Positions 12,001 to 22,649 of a DNA stretch of 64,000 bases are shown piece by piece. The DNA lies in assembly GCA_036172245.1 (NCBI GenBank), contig JAYWIR010000016.1, positions 1,612,001 to 1,676,000 of the forward strand, in the 5' to 3' direction. The translations under genes and the position numbers were made by a program. The notes beneath the pieces were generated by a model. The model ran no database searches. It saw only the letters and a program-made list of their open reading frames with translations, and was not told the DNA's origin. This DNA comes from Raillietiella orientalis (taxonomy: Eukaryota). How positions within the stretch are numbered: position 1 is the first letter of the stretch; the number at the start of each line of letters is the position of its first letter.

Positions 12001-14571
12001 AGAGCTTTCCAAAAACTGATTCTTCACGAGGAAGAGTGTCATTGCTCCAGCAAGCGGATCCTCCCCCCTTCCCATCCACCTACTCCTGCGAAACACGTCC
12101 CTGTCTTTTGTGGTCCCTGCGGCCGCTCTGCCACCGTTCACCGAGGGGTATGTATGCAAAGCCGGGAACCATGGCATTGCGATGGCTGCCTCTGACGCTG
12201 GGAGGAGCCTCTTCTTTAGAGGAGAGGGAGCACCTTCGTCGCTTGCACGTTCCCCCTTCCCGTTCCTTTTCCCGTCCCGGAATCTCTGTCAAACCGGGAT
12301 GCGAGCGAGCAGCAGGGAATCTTTGGGAGTTTCGCGGGGGTTCGAAGTCGGCGACAAACAAACCAGGAAGGAAAAAGATGAACTGCGTGACGGGGGCGAA
12401 CGGGAGTGGAGCAAGGGAAGCCGGCGGATCTCGGAGATCAAGAACCGGAGTTAGAAGAACGGAGGAAGTGAGCAGGCAGAGGGGAAAGGGAAGAAGAGTG
12501 AGGGCTGCCGACGCTTCTTGGGCACTAAGAGAGAAGCAGCGTTAGGGACTCCGGACGGCGACCTCGAAGATCTGGACGATCGATGCTCTTCCCCCTTGCT
12601 CACTCTTTCCCACTCCCCTCTCTTCGGCTGCAGCGCGTCCTCCTCCTCTAGCAACTCGGGATTCCCATCTGCATCCTTCAAAGAATCGGTGGTCTCTCCC
12701 TTTTACCCCCTCACCCCCCATCTTGGAAGGTCCCCGGGATTTTTCTCCAACTCGCGCCGAAGGCCTCGACCAGCTCCAGGGGAAGCAAAGAGGGGCGTTT
12801 CCTCGCCGCCGAAGAAATTCGCGGCAGCGTGAAACATGTCGGGGATCTTGGGTTCGGGACCAAAGAGGAAGAAGATCTTCCTCTGGACCACGTCGTGCAC
12901 ACGGCAAGCGCATGCAAGGCGGGTCGGGATCCCATCACCCAGCTTCCTCCCCATCACCTGGGGAGGAAGCTGAAGCTGTCCACGAAACCACCACTGGTGC
13001 CGCGAGCGGTCGCTCGAGGTAAGGGATGGGGAGCGCGGCCGAGACACTTCGTCCGTTTCCGCGGCGACCGGGAAGCGCACCGGGAGTTCCTCTCACCTGA
13101 TGCTGGCGATCACCTCATTCGGTAAGAGGCTCCCGTTCTCTGGCACCTCCACAGTGTACGCTCTTTCGGTGAACTGGGGGTAGTTGTCGTTGTCGTCGAG
13201 CACGGTGACGGTGAGCGTGACCGTCGAGGACCTGCGGTGGACGGGGGAGGCCTCGTCAGTTGCCTGCAGCACCAGATCGTATTGGCTGATCTTCTCCCTG
13301 TCCAGGGGGGAGCGCAAGCTGATGATCCCCTTGTCGGGGTCCATGTGAAAGGTCTCCTTCGTGGCCACGGGGCTGACGATGCTGTACTTGATCTGGGAAT
13401 TCGAGCCGGCGTCCAGGTCCGTCGCCCGCACGGCGATGATGGCGGTCCCTATGGAAACGGACTCCCTCACGGAGGTCCTATAGGACGCCTGCTCGAACAT
13501 AGGGGTATGGTCATTGACGTCCTCGATCCTGATCTGCAGGGTCGTGGTCGCCGACTGGGGAGGCGTCGAGCTGTCCACCGCTATGATGCGGAAGTAGTGC
13601 ATGTCCATGAACTCCCTGTCCGGCACCCCCGTCGTCACGACGATCCCCGAGTTGGGGTCGATGGAAAACAGGCTCTGGGACCTCGCATCCAGGATGGCTT
13701 CCATGTGGTACTCCAGGGGAAGGGTTCTGGCGTGGTCAGCGGTGACGGCGGTGACGATGTAGCCCTTCTCCTGCTCCTCCAGGACCGAAGCGGTGTAGAT
13801 AGTCCTGTTGAAGCAGAGGGATTTCTCCTCCCTCCGTCTCCGCAAAGATTTCGCGCCTCCAACTGCCTCTTCCGGGGCCAGGAGAAACCGGAATTCTGTG
13901 CTCTCTCTGCTCCTGGCAGAGCCCCGGCACTTCAGGTCGACCGAGGCGAGGAGTGTTTCTTCCCGCGCCCCACCCCCGAGGCACCTGCGGTCCGCCGAAG
14001 CCACTAGGTCGCCTCTGGCGTTGCTGAAGCCCAGCCCGTCGCCTGCCTCGGAGGGGAGGTTCCGCGCGCATGTCCGGAGGAGCACGGAAGGCCAGAACTC
14101 TTCCGCGCGGAGGATCACCTGACCGCGGCGGAAACACTCCCGCTGCCGCCCCCACCCGAGGCGGACGACCACGGTCAGCATGCTCTCTCCGGGATGGACG
14201 TGAGCAGGAGGCTTCGGAGAAGCACAGGAGCTGCCCGACACGGAGAGCCGGAAGGACACAGAGCTCACCCCGAGGGCTGTGTGGTTCGCTGATCGGTTCT
14301 CCCCCCTGGTGACGTAGACGTTGAGCACTCGGGGGGTGCACCCCAGGTTCTTCAGGCAGATGGTGCCATTCGTCGTTGAGGTTTCTAGGACCTCACCGCC
14401 GTGGGGGGTATCCTCAAGCGCGACGCTGTAGAATTCCCCTCCTTCGACACTGGCGTCCAGAGGGAAGCATCCCGGGTTGCGGTCGGGAGCCGTGAGTAGC
14501 AGAGCTCCGATCCTCTGCAGCACGAAGAGCACGGTCGTCAGTCCCGCGAGGGCGGAGGAGGAGGCCATCAT
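1..14571 (-). CDS. stan: Flamingo/Starry night (CELSR-family) cadherin adhesion GPCR, spliced 5' part (14 exons in window, 3' end off-window)
   Basis: Joined exons 14571-13097, 10256-10090, 10034-9733, 9579-9441, 8330-7033, 6978-6846, 4333-4134, 1389-1240, 1183-1009, 959-834, 784-565, 511-307, 256-150, 65-1 give one open frame with all GT-AG introns in matching phase. Domains: 9 cadherin repeats (DxNDxxPxF motifs), Flamingo box (LVTEDMLFNSITLRL), VLPFDDDLCVQEPCLNFEEC EGF, LamG (GLLLYNGRYNQRHDFVALEI; FLDLTGPLHLG). This order is diagnostic of Flamingo/Celsr. Confidence 0.96.
150..256 (-). CDS. stan: flamingo coding exon 13 (LamG1)
   Basis: VAVLSVDDCVSLPPHFDRFTDDFSCINRTEHVLEP; acceptor tttcaaag, donor GAG|GTTGAG. 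Confidence 0.88.
307..511 (-). CDS. stan: flamingo coding exon 12 (LamG1)
   Basis: RFATRGSNGLLLYNGRYNQRHDFVALEI...GVSDGQWHTVSVNYLNR; acceptor ttcctccag, donor AGA|GTAAGG. Confidence 0.93.
565..784 (-). CDS. stan: flamingo coding exon 11 (EGF-like 3, start of LamG1)
   Basis: GETCETPVYQCHEGLC...FCELKARNFANGSFLMLEGMHKRNRFHLSL; acceptor cccccag, donor CAG|GTGAAG. Confidence 0.9.
834..959 (-). CDS. stan: flamingo coding exon 10 (EGF-like 2)
   Basis: GMKEYYECDAEINLCYSSPCQNHGLCRRKERGFTCVCPAGFT; acceptor cattccag, donor CCG|GTTCGC. Confidence 0.92.
1009..1183 (-). CDS. stan: flamingo coding exon 9 (EGF-like 1)
   Basis: VLPFDDDLCVQEPCLNFEECHSVLKF...FRPIYPVNTFSCQCPEGFT; donor CAG|GTGCCT. Confidence 0.93.
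1240..1389 (-). CDS. stan: flamingo coding exon 8 (Flamingo box)
   Basis: DDHDVEESILNVSFSVK...LQEKLYLNRHALGRLASVE; acceptor gcttccag, donor GAG|GTGAGC. Confidence 0.92.
1455..2430 (-). mobile_element. tRNA-derived SINE copy in intron 7, interrupted by the 1801-2089 insertion
   Basis: Reverse complement aligns by eye with the SINE copies at 21.3, 25.1, 34.2 and 51.5-52.5 kb (head cgtcgtgggtttc..., body gaagagaaccccgaagg, tail ccaggcgaacgg). Confidence 0.75.
1892..2046 (+). pseudogene. Inverted pseudo-exon: copy of a Flamingo LamG1-end/EGF exon
   Basis: Reads FVAENGTSQGCALKKSHCASKPCRNGGECIGGWDTYLCDCPFGWGSEDCSQ, the motif that follows LamG1 in Flamingo/Celsr proteins. Preceded by acceptor tttccttcag; followed by CTGAGG where a GTGAGG donor would be expected. 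Opposite strand to the gene. Confidence 0.8.
2600..3900 (-). mobile_element. Possible heavily decayed LINE (APE-like) remnant in intron 7
   Basis: Weak APE-like motifs LLLAKSWF and VLGMF in broken frames; boundaries approximate. Confidence 0.3.
4134..4333 (-). CDS. stan: flamingo coding exon 7 (end of cadherin 9, Flamingo box)
   Basis: DGLNEVAAELTLWVHLVTEDMLFNSITLRLHEINEQEFLSPL...IIFNVQ; acceptor ttctcttctag, donor CAG|GTGAAG. Confidence 0.93.
6150..6750 (+). mobile_element. Decayed CR1/Jockey-like RT N-terminal remnant in intron 6
   Basis: SFLQAGTPKWREV followed by ISPVPCKGG resembles the SL..G..P..WK.A.V.PI.K.G RT motif, with frameshifts. Confidence 0.4.
6846..6978 (-). CDS. stan: flamingo coding exon 6 (cadherin repeat 9)
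   Basis: LEYRVVAGNKANLISVDATTGDIRLSPRLNTNVPMRALMEVAVS; acceptor cttgcccag, donor CAG|GTAGGA. Confidence 0.9.
7033..8330 (-). CDS. stan: flamingo coding exon 5 (cadherin repeats 5-9)
   Basis: Inside ORF 6736..8445; GTPVVTVVATDAD...FHVIFNNFRNHFPTGPVGKVPAADADVSDQ; acceptor ctctctctttgcag-like tract (tctttgcag), donor CAG|GTAGGC. Confidence 0.95.
9441..9579 (-). CDS. stan: flamingo coding exon 4 (cadherin repeats 4-5)
   Basis: VNARDNGQPPLDSSADLFIRVQDQNDNDPVFQSKVYEVSVSEDTNP; acceptor ctccccag, donor G|GTACAT. Confidence 0.92.
9733..10034 (-). CDS. stan: flamingo coding exon 3 (cadherin repeats 3-4)
   Basis: DGGSPSRSNTTQLLVQVLDANDNAPRF...LDREERDFYQYK; acceptor gttccag, donor AAG|GTTGGC. Confidence 0.92.
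10090..10256 (-). CDS. stan: flamingo coding exon 2 (cadherin repeat 3)
   Basis: ATDADEDENAELRYSIIGGNNHNLFSIDPLTGNVFILQPLDYEQVRSHRLVVRTQ; acceptor ttctcccag, donor G|GTGAGA. Confidence 0.93.
13097..14571 (-). CDS. stan: flamingo coding exon 1: signal/prodomain, cadherin repeats 1-2, start of 3
   Basis: ORF 13093..14571; hydrophobic N-terminus, RRRR motif, cadherin motifs DVNDHTPMF and DDNDNYPQF; donor AG|GTGAGA after 13097; candidate acceptor ctccttccacaccag ending at 14589. Exact start codon is uncertain. Confidence 0.9.
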
Positions 14572-17099
14572 TCCACGACGTCGCCGGACTGGTGTGGAAG
14601 GAGCCTTCGCTTTCTGCCTATGTCATCAGTGAGCGGCAAGACAAAGGCACTCCTGGTGGCAAAATGGAAAAAGAAAAAAAAAACTTTGGGGAGAAGGAAG
14701 GAAGCTGCACGCGTTTCAGGGGCACCGGTCAGTGGCGCAGGGGGCATCGGGCTATCTGGATTTCTTGAAGTTGGGATGTCCCGAAACTCCAAAGACGCGT
14801 GGCGCCGCCGGGATCGAGGCGCCGTGCCGGCAAGAGAGTCTCGGAGCAGACCTGCTCGGAGGATGGACCCAAGAGCAATACCCCCCCCCCCTTCCTCAGG
14901 ACCGGATGAACGCTTTCTTTCATCCACTTTTTGGCCCTCTCTTTCCCCTCCTTCTCCGCCCCTGCGGGAAAGAGAAAAGCCAAAAGAGAAGGTCCGCTTT
15001 TAGGAAGGGAAAGGAAGGGAGGAAACCTGACTGGTCGCCCCACGAGAGGGTCATGAGACGCTGCACCTCTGCTGCTGACCGGAAGGTCCATCCCGGGAGG
15101 TCACCTGACTCGCCCGCTCTCTCCCCGTGGAATGCAAAGTTCTGAGGCGTTGCCGAGTTCCCTTGACGAGACGCCATCGGCCCTTCCTGGACACGGTCAA
15201 AGGCGGAGAGGAACGCGGTCAAAACAGGAGAGCTCGCGGGTCCGGAGGAGGAGGAAGGGGGGAAGGAGGTGACGCTTTCCAGGCGTCGAAGGGAAACGGA
15301 AGGCCGCAGATCCCCTGGAAGACCCTCGTTTCCATGCGAAGGATGCCGTTAGGGTGCAGAAGAATTTCTCTCCTTTCCCCATTTCTCCTACGGAGGAGTT
15401 TCCTGCAGAAAGCGAACCGTTGACAGACTCTGTGTGGTGACCTCCGTTTCGAAATGGTATTGGAAGGAGGAGATGAGTCGCGGGGATCCGCAGGTGGCGC
15501 TGCTGCCTTGCGGGGCTCCTCGAATCCTCAACGTCCAGCGACGAGCCCAACTCGGCTATCGCGTGGACTCAGGGCCGAGGGGTACTTCAGGGCGAAGAAG
15601 AGGGTGAGGGGAAGGAAAGGGACTTCGCTTTTCCGTGAGTGAGCTCCCTTCCCCTTGTCGAGAGCGGAGCAGGGAGGCTGGAATTCTCCCCTGGGATTCT
15701 CCCCCTCTCCCTGGGTCCTTTTCTCCGCGTCCTTCCTGATTCCGCTGTCCCTGCCTCACGGGAATACAGCCTACCCTCCGCTCTCGCAAGCGGGCTGACC
15801 TTCAAAAGAAGAGGTACAAGGGTACTGGACTCCCTGCTTTCCGGTTGCATGATTCAGCTGCAGGAACAGGCAAGCGGCTCTCCCTTCCCCTTCTTCCCCC
15901 CGGAAGATGGAAAAATCAGAACGCTTCTGAGGGAAAGAGGGATGCCCAGGAGGATGACATCCCCTCTGGTATAGCCAGAGGAAGAAGACGATCAGTGATC
16001 TCCCGAGGGGAGCTCCGCTGTTGCCTTGGAAACTCCTTTCGTGGTGTGAGGGCGAAGCAGCACACTCTTCTCCGGTAGTCTTTTCGAATTTAGCCTTCAC
16101 GGAATGTCTCCACCGGGAACAGAGGAATCCTCCTGCCTGATTCCGCACTCCTTCCTTCCTCCCCTCCTCATTCCTTCTGCGTCCATGCCCTCCATCCTTC
16201 CCGTAGTGAGGAAGGAAGCTGCCCGCGGATTGCCGCAAGACAGGCGGCGAGGAGAGGACAAGCCCGAGGGCAAAGAGGGGCGAGCACCCTATTACACAGA
16301 ATAAGGGGGAGAAGGAAAGGAAGTTACGGGTCGGCAAGGAGTGTGGTGGCATGGCCGAGGCAAAATAGGAATCCTGGAGGCGGAAGAGCTGCCTCTATGA
16401 CGATCGACAGACAATGGGATGGGATGAGCGCGCATTTTGCAGATTCCCAAACCTCCGCCCCCACTTCCAAATGTCCTCACTCACGGAGGAAGAGGCGGAG
16501 AGCAGGTGGAACGCGAGCCCCTTCGGGAAGAGTGATGAGCCCCATTCCTCGCAAGCATACGCTCTCATGGAGGAGCAGAGGAAGGTAACCTCCACTTGTT
16601 CGCGACCATGGCAACGCCAATAAAGCGTTATGGAGAAGAACGCTTCTCTCGCCTACTTTCCATCTCCCCAAGTCACGAAAAGACAGTATTTTCCAGGTAT
16701 CCCTGGAAAAGGCTCCCCTCCCCTTTCCAAGGATACAAGGAACCCCTCCTTGTTAAGGGTTCCCTAGGGAACGGCGAAAGGGATGGAAACACAGGGAGAT
16801 GAGGTCACGCCATCGTCTGAATTCCTACTCTCCCCTCTTCCCTCTGCTTCTTTCCCTACATGTCTGATTCTTCTTGAAGCTCCAGACCCCCTCCCCTAAG
16901 CGGCTCCTAAAGGAGATGGTTGCCGTTGCTAGGGGAAACTACCAGTGCTCTCTTTCTTTCTTCGAGGAAAGACGTGATCCCTCTCACTCTGAAGACCCCT
17001 TTTCCTCAAAGAAGGCTCAAGACAGTAGGGAAGTGTGGGGAGAGATCTTCCGGCAAATCATTGGGAGCCCAAATCTCTCCCACTTTGAGGGGAGCAGGG

Positions 17100-17800
17100 A
17101 ACAAGGGAGAAGATGAAATATCTTCGGGTTTCATAAACATGCCAGCCTTTCCAGGACGAGTGAGCTCGACTGCAAGTAATGAGACGCCATGGAAGGGGAG
17201 AGGGAGCAAGGAGCACCGACTGGCCATCGCAGCTCTTCTGCGGGAGCTTCCATGACAGCTGGGCTCCCACACCCTATCTACTCGTGCAGCTGTGGAGTGA
17301 GCACCCCTCGTCAGCTTGGCCTCACGGGGGAGGAAACCAAAATCAGCTCCCGTTCCTTGTTTCTTCTTCAGTTTCTTCCAGGACACTTCCATCCGGGATG
17401 CCTACCCATGGGGCAGAGAAAGGGAGGGGGGCGAACCCGGAAGCAAGAGAATGCCAGATGAGTGGATCGCCCCGAGTCTTTTTTCTCCTTCTTCCTCATT
17501 CACAGCCAACCCATCCCGAGTGCTATGGTCACCCGGAAGCGACCGAAGAGTCGCCCGCTGAATGGATGGCACCACGGGAACGACCCACGCCTGGTGTCGT
17601 TCATGAAAACGGTGCCGACTCCATGGCCACCACCAGACAGAGTTCCGGAGCAGTCGAGGGGAGCGCTGACGAACAGCCTGATTCTTTCCTCCCTGAAGAG
17701 GTCTTCCTCACGCACGAACTGCGGGGTGGCCGTCGACCAGGACGGCTGCGCACTACAGAATCCGGGAGCGACAGCTAGGGGTGCTAGGAGAAGGGGAGGC
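17100..17800 (+). mobile_element. Decayed Tx1/L1-like 3' (zf-RVT) remnant
   Basis: GCLP...ECQMSGS/PESFFSFF resembles the LP..C..C...ES..H zinc finger seen in better copies in this window. Confidence 0.35.
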
Positions 17801-18499
17801 AAGAGGGATCCGCTCGGGTTCCTGGCTCCTGGAGAGGGCCGCCTTTAATCCCTCAGGACGGGGTGGATAGCCAACTGTAGAGGGTGGGAATGAGCCGCAA
17901 TTGATCCCCACAATGAGGAGATAGCGCAAACATCAGTGCCATAAAGAGGAGCCCCCGTTTCTCCCCCCACCCCCCATGTGTGCTTTTCAGCTCGCATCTG
18001 CACGCGTTCCTCTGTGCATGCAGGTCTCATACGTTCAGTTCCATGTGTGCATGTGATCTTCCATGCACAGTTGGCATGCGTGCAGAACGAGCACGCGTGC
18101 TCGTGGGTTCCTTGGACACCTGCGTGTGCACGGCTTTCCTGCGCTCACGTGCACGCAGGTGCACCTGGCACCTGCGTGCACATCTCCGCTTGAAAGCGAG
18201 AGGGGTCAAGGAGGGGTCGCGCCGTTTTCTATGGATGCTGGACTCTTCCCGGTAGGAGTGCGAAAGAGCTCTTGAGAAAGGGAATAAGATAGCTTCATAA
18301 AGCGCCTTTTGCTGCAAGATCGAGGGGAGTCTGCGGCAAGGGTCGGATGCCGTCCGCAGCCGTCCCCATTTCCGGATCGCTCACCCATCGCGGAGCCGAC
18401 GGCCTTGCTCCTCCCTTCGGGACAGGAAAGGCAAAGACGAAGCTTGCCTACAGAGATCTCTCGAAGCGGGAATAGGACTTCCAGAAGAGCCCCCGGGAT

Positions 18500-20400
18500 T
18501 CCTTTTGTTGGATGGCAACGAAAAAAGGAAAGAAAGAAGGAGGAGGGAGAGACAAAGGAAGAGAGGGGGGAGAGGAAGGACCGGAGCGCACACAAAGACG
18601 CACGCGTTCACACGCACAAAAGCATCGCCGCGCTGCCGAAAGTCGCCCAAAGTCGACCGACCGCGACGAAGAGTCCGTCGGCGAGCTCGCAGGAAGGGGT
18701 GCGCCGGCTTCCCTCGTCATGGTAACCGCCGTGCGGGTCTCGGGGTCGCCGGAGCAAAGCGTCAGTCGCTCGGGGGAGCGCGCGCGCCCCGTAGTCGCAC
18801 TCCGGGGAGGGCGAAATCGGGGCGAGCCCTCCTTTCTTCTCCCTTCCAATCATCCGGTCCATCCCTCACGCTCGGACGCGTCGCCTCGGATGCCGATCGA
18901 TTCCGTCCGCGCGTCGCGGCAGAGCGGAAAGCGCGGGGGGAAAGTCCTACCTGCAGCTGGATTTTTCCTCGGGAAGCACCGGGATCCCTCTTCACGGGGG
19001 GGGAGGCGAACTGAGGAGGAACCAGCAGATCAACACACGTTCCGAATGCGTCCATGCGGGATGGGGGGCGGGGAGCAGAAAATGCAACGGGGACGAATCT
19101 CCCATGCTCCTACCTTGCCGCGTCTCCGCTCGCGAAACTGGCACTCGCTTGTCTCTCACTCTTGGCCCGTCTCCGCCTCGGGCTGCATCTCGACGCTCGC
19201 CTCAGGGGGTGCCGCCGCGGATCACGGGACCTGGCGCACGGACGGGAAGGGGCGGAGAGCGGCGGCGGGCTCGCTCAAAACCCGCCGTCGCACAGTCGGT
19301 TGGAAAAAACCTGTTGCGCCGCTTCGAACAACGGTGACTGGGATGCTGCGGCGGCAGCAGCAGCAGCAGCAGCAGCGGCGGCGGCGGCGGCGGGGACCCG
19401 TCTTGCTGCAGGCGGCATGTGACCAGCCGCCTCGGCGCGGCACCTCCTCGAAAGGGAAAACGGGCGGAAGGATTGTCACGTACGCCCGATCGATTTGATT
19501 GCCTGATTTCTCCGCGTTCAGGTAGGTGCGCTGCGGTAGTTGCGTGGAACAAAGGGGACGTGACGTGATGCGTTGCCGCCGGCGCGGAAAGCGCGGAGCG
19601 GCGATCCGCTGGTCACAGGGCAAATAAAAATCAAAGCAACACGGAAATGAAAAAACAAAACAAAACAAAACGCAGCGCGAGAAACGGAGGGGAAATGGTG
19701 GAGGGACAGGAAGGACGCTCGAACAGATTGGGGAATCTGAGAAGGACCGCTTTTCCGCCGGTGCTCCCGTCTCCAAGGTGACGGAAGTCAAGTTCGCGTT
19801 TCCCACTCCTTCGGATGAACGGACGGCGGCAGCAGAGAGGCGGGGGGAGGGGGAAGGATAAAATAAAATCTCCGGAGATCAAGAAGGGCGAGGCTGGAAA
19901 AAAGGCCGGTGGCGAATTTTCGACTGTGCGCCCGTGGAGACCCGGTTGTGAATCCGCCGTGGACACGTGGACGGGAGCAACAGATGGATCTTTTTCCCTT
20001 GCCTGTTTTGGGGAAGAGGGGGCGGGCAGTGCTCGCTCCCGAGCTCTCGGAGGGAGAGGCGTTCTCAGTCGGGGGGGAGGGAAGGGGCGGGAACAACCCG
20101 AGGCGGGATTCGCCCCCGCGCATGCGCGCGCGAGCGCCTCCGAACGCGTCGAACCGTCCGGTCAGCCGCGCCCATCACCGAAGCCGCTGAAGCCAACGGG
20201 CATACGCACGCGCAGCGGCGTGCATTCGCGGGCGCGCTCGCTCGCTCAGAGGGGCGCAAGAAGGGCGCCTGGTTGCCTCCGGAGGGCTCAGTCTCGGAGA
20301 AGGGGCGACCCCTACCTGAAGGCGCGTCCGTGTGCAGCTGGGCTCTCGGGACAGCTCGCTTCCCTCTGCACCGCCAGGAGTGACCGCTAGTTAAGCATTC
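18500..20400 (-). promoter_or_regulatory. CpG-dense putative promoter / non-coding first exon(s) of flamingo
   Basis: Very CG-rich stretch with no TE motifs that I could see, 4-6 kb upstream of the ATG; minus-strand donors CAG|GTAGGA (junction 18951/18950) and CAG|GTAGGG (20316/20315); acceptor 17 nt upstream of the ATG. Confidence 0.5.
19345..19392. repeat. Compound trinucleotide repeat GCT(GCG)2(GCA)7(GCG)6
   Basis: Read directly from the sequence. Confidence 0.95.
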
Positions 20401-21319
20401 CTGCTCTTTTTCCCCCTTTTTCCCGGAATCAGAGGAAGAGGAGGAGCACGACGCTTCCGGATATTTGCTTTTCCTCCCTCGGCGGAGGGGTCCACGTGGA
20501 CATGCGCCTCGGGTGACACAGCGACGTGGACTCCCTCAGAAAGCGAAGCGAATGGCAAAAATGGACGAACGGTTCCGGGGAGACGGGAGGCGGTCACCCC
20601 ACTCGCGTCGAAGTGAACGGACTTCTGTGTACAGTACATGTTTCTGACCGTACCGATAACCTCCAAACAACTGTCCACTGCAGAGGGAAACACTTCACAT
20701 CATGAAGGAACGTAAGAAAAGAAAAGCTCTGAGATGATGATGCACTGGCGCACAAAAGTCTTGTACGTGTCCTGCATATACAAACATTTATAAATAAATA
20801 CACGTGTACACGTTCTTTTTTTTTGCTTGCGTGGATGATTGAATTTCAGGTCACGGACGACCTTTCGTTTCTTCTATTCCGGTTTTTACAGCCGGGCCCC
20901 CCCTTCCCCCCTCAACAAAAAAAGACACCACGGTGACGAAAAGCTGCTCAGTGTTTCTCTGCTCATGGACCTACGGGGAGCAGCCACCGCGTCTTCCTCC
21001 GCTGCGTCGCGTGGAAGCGTCCACATGGCGGACACAGGAACGTGAACCTCCTAACGATGCGGGTCGCGATTCCGGGTTCTTGGCGCTTTCGTACAGAAGA
21101 GTGCGCGGGCTCAAGAAGAACACAGCCTTGCAGTGGCCACCTCGGGGGTGTGCCAGAAGAGACGAGCTCTGGTGACACCAGCTGTAACGAGAGATCCCTA
21201 ATTCCCAGCTAGTTAATGGGGGGTGGCGCGAGGGACGTGAGACGGCAAGCTGGCGCGTATGTCGCCGATTCTTAAACGCGGCTCGTGGGCCCCATGCGGT
21301 CCACTGCGCCAAAAAGGCT

Positions 21320-21880
21320 GCCTCAATTCGACGGCAGAGTGGCTGTGGTCTCCGCGTGTGGCACCAAAAGCCGCAGGTTCGATCCCCGCAAGGAGGATGG
21401 AAGTCAGAGAAAGGGGGGCGCGTTGTGGGTTTCGAGTCTCTCTCTTCCTTCAGGATGACGCTGGTTGGCCTGTAGGTTTCGGGTGCAGCACTGGTGGAAG
21501 CAGCCGGAAACCGAATGCCCCAGTTGGCTGTCGAGATTGGAAGTTGATCTTCCGGGGTCCTTCTAGGACACCAATGGAGTCAGTTCTCTCCGGGGTTCCC
21601 TTTGGTTGGGAAAATGGAGTCGTCGCCCTCTTCAGGGGAGGGGACCCTCCATCGAGTACCATGGAGATCGTGGATCGATGCCTCTTCAGAGTGTAAGAAG
21701 CGCGCTGCTTCATTTCTGGAGCATCCTCCAGAGGAATTAGGAAGATTCCTTTCCGGGTTCTCTGCAGAGGAGTAAAAACAGGGAGCGGTTCCCTTGCGGG
21801 TTCCCGCCGAAGAGGGAATTCCAGGAGCGGATCCTTTCTGGATTCAATTAGGAGAAGAAATGAGGAGTGACGCCCGGTGA
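21320..21880 (+). mobile_element. tRNA(His)-like SINE, 3' truncated
   Basis: A-box-like CGGCAGAGTGG (21332-21342), ccgcgtgtggc anticodon-arm-like segment, B-box GGTTCGATCC (21376-21385), shared body. Confidence 0.75.
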
Positions 21881-22649
21881 GCAAGAAGTCCGGCTGCCCC
21901 TCTGTACTGACCTCTGCTAAAAAATGCTGGATGAAAAGGGAAGCTTCTGGAAAATCCCAAAGCAGCCCAAATAGACATGCTGCTGCTCCGGGACGCTGTG
22001 ATTTCGAGGCCGCTCAGACAGGATGCATGAGTCACCGCTCGCTCTGTTTGGACTTCCTTGCTTGCGACCACTCTTTCCAGAAGGACGGAGGAGCAGTGAA
22101 AACAGCTGGGGAGAAGCAGACTTCCAGGAGGCTGCTCTTTTCGCTGTTCCGTTGCCGGGTTGTCTCCTTGGCAGCCAGGAAAGAACTCCATTCTTTTCGA
22201 CTTGCTCCATTCGCGGTACCCTGCCGCGCACGTGTCATCATCGCAGGACACGTCCCGGTGCAGGGGGTCCTTTCAAGGTCGCTGCAGATCTCGGAGCGAG
22301 CTCCCTCCTCATGTGCTTAATCCATGTTGCGGTCAGTTTGCTCGAGGCAAAATGAGAGGACAAACAAAGATCTAAACGAAGGACGGCCTCATCTGAAATC
22401 GCTCTTGTTCTTGCTTTTCCATAGGGAACCAGGAGTTCGTCTCCTGGGCTTTGGCAACGCGACTTTCCTCCACTGTAGCACGGCATCATCCTGGGATGAG
22501 ACGCGAAGGTGCAGCGCGCTCGCTTCTGTCGCTCGTTCCTCAGGGAGGAGCGGTTACCAGTGATGTGAGCTGACGCCACCATCGAGGACCCTCACTGCGC
22601 TGATTGTAGCAGGCGTTGCTCCATGCGAGAGCCCTGTTTCCAGTGCGCC

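Noticed and set aside
6821..14341. Long ORFs antisense or out of frame to flamingo exons (e.g. 13237..14007, 7837..8361)
   Set aside because: Shadow ORFs caused by high GC at third codon positions.
18512..19806. ORFs with poly-Gln/Arg, poly-Ala or poly-Cys runs
   Set aside because: These are readings of one trinucleotide repeat in GC-rich DNA; no recognisable domain.
21325..21400. Functional tRNA-His gene (also 25090-25160, 34165-34235, 50485-50550)
   Set aside because: Acceptor and anticodon stems do not pair properly, and each is followed by the same SINE body.
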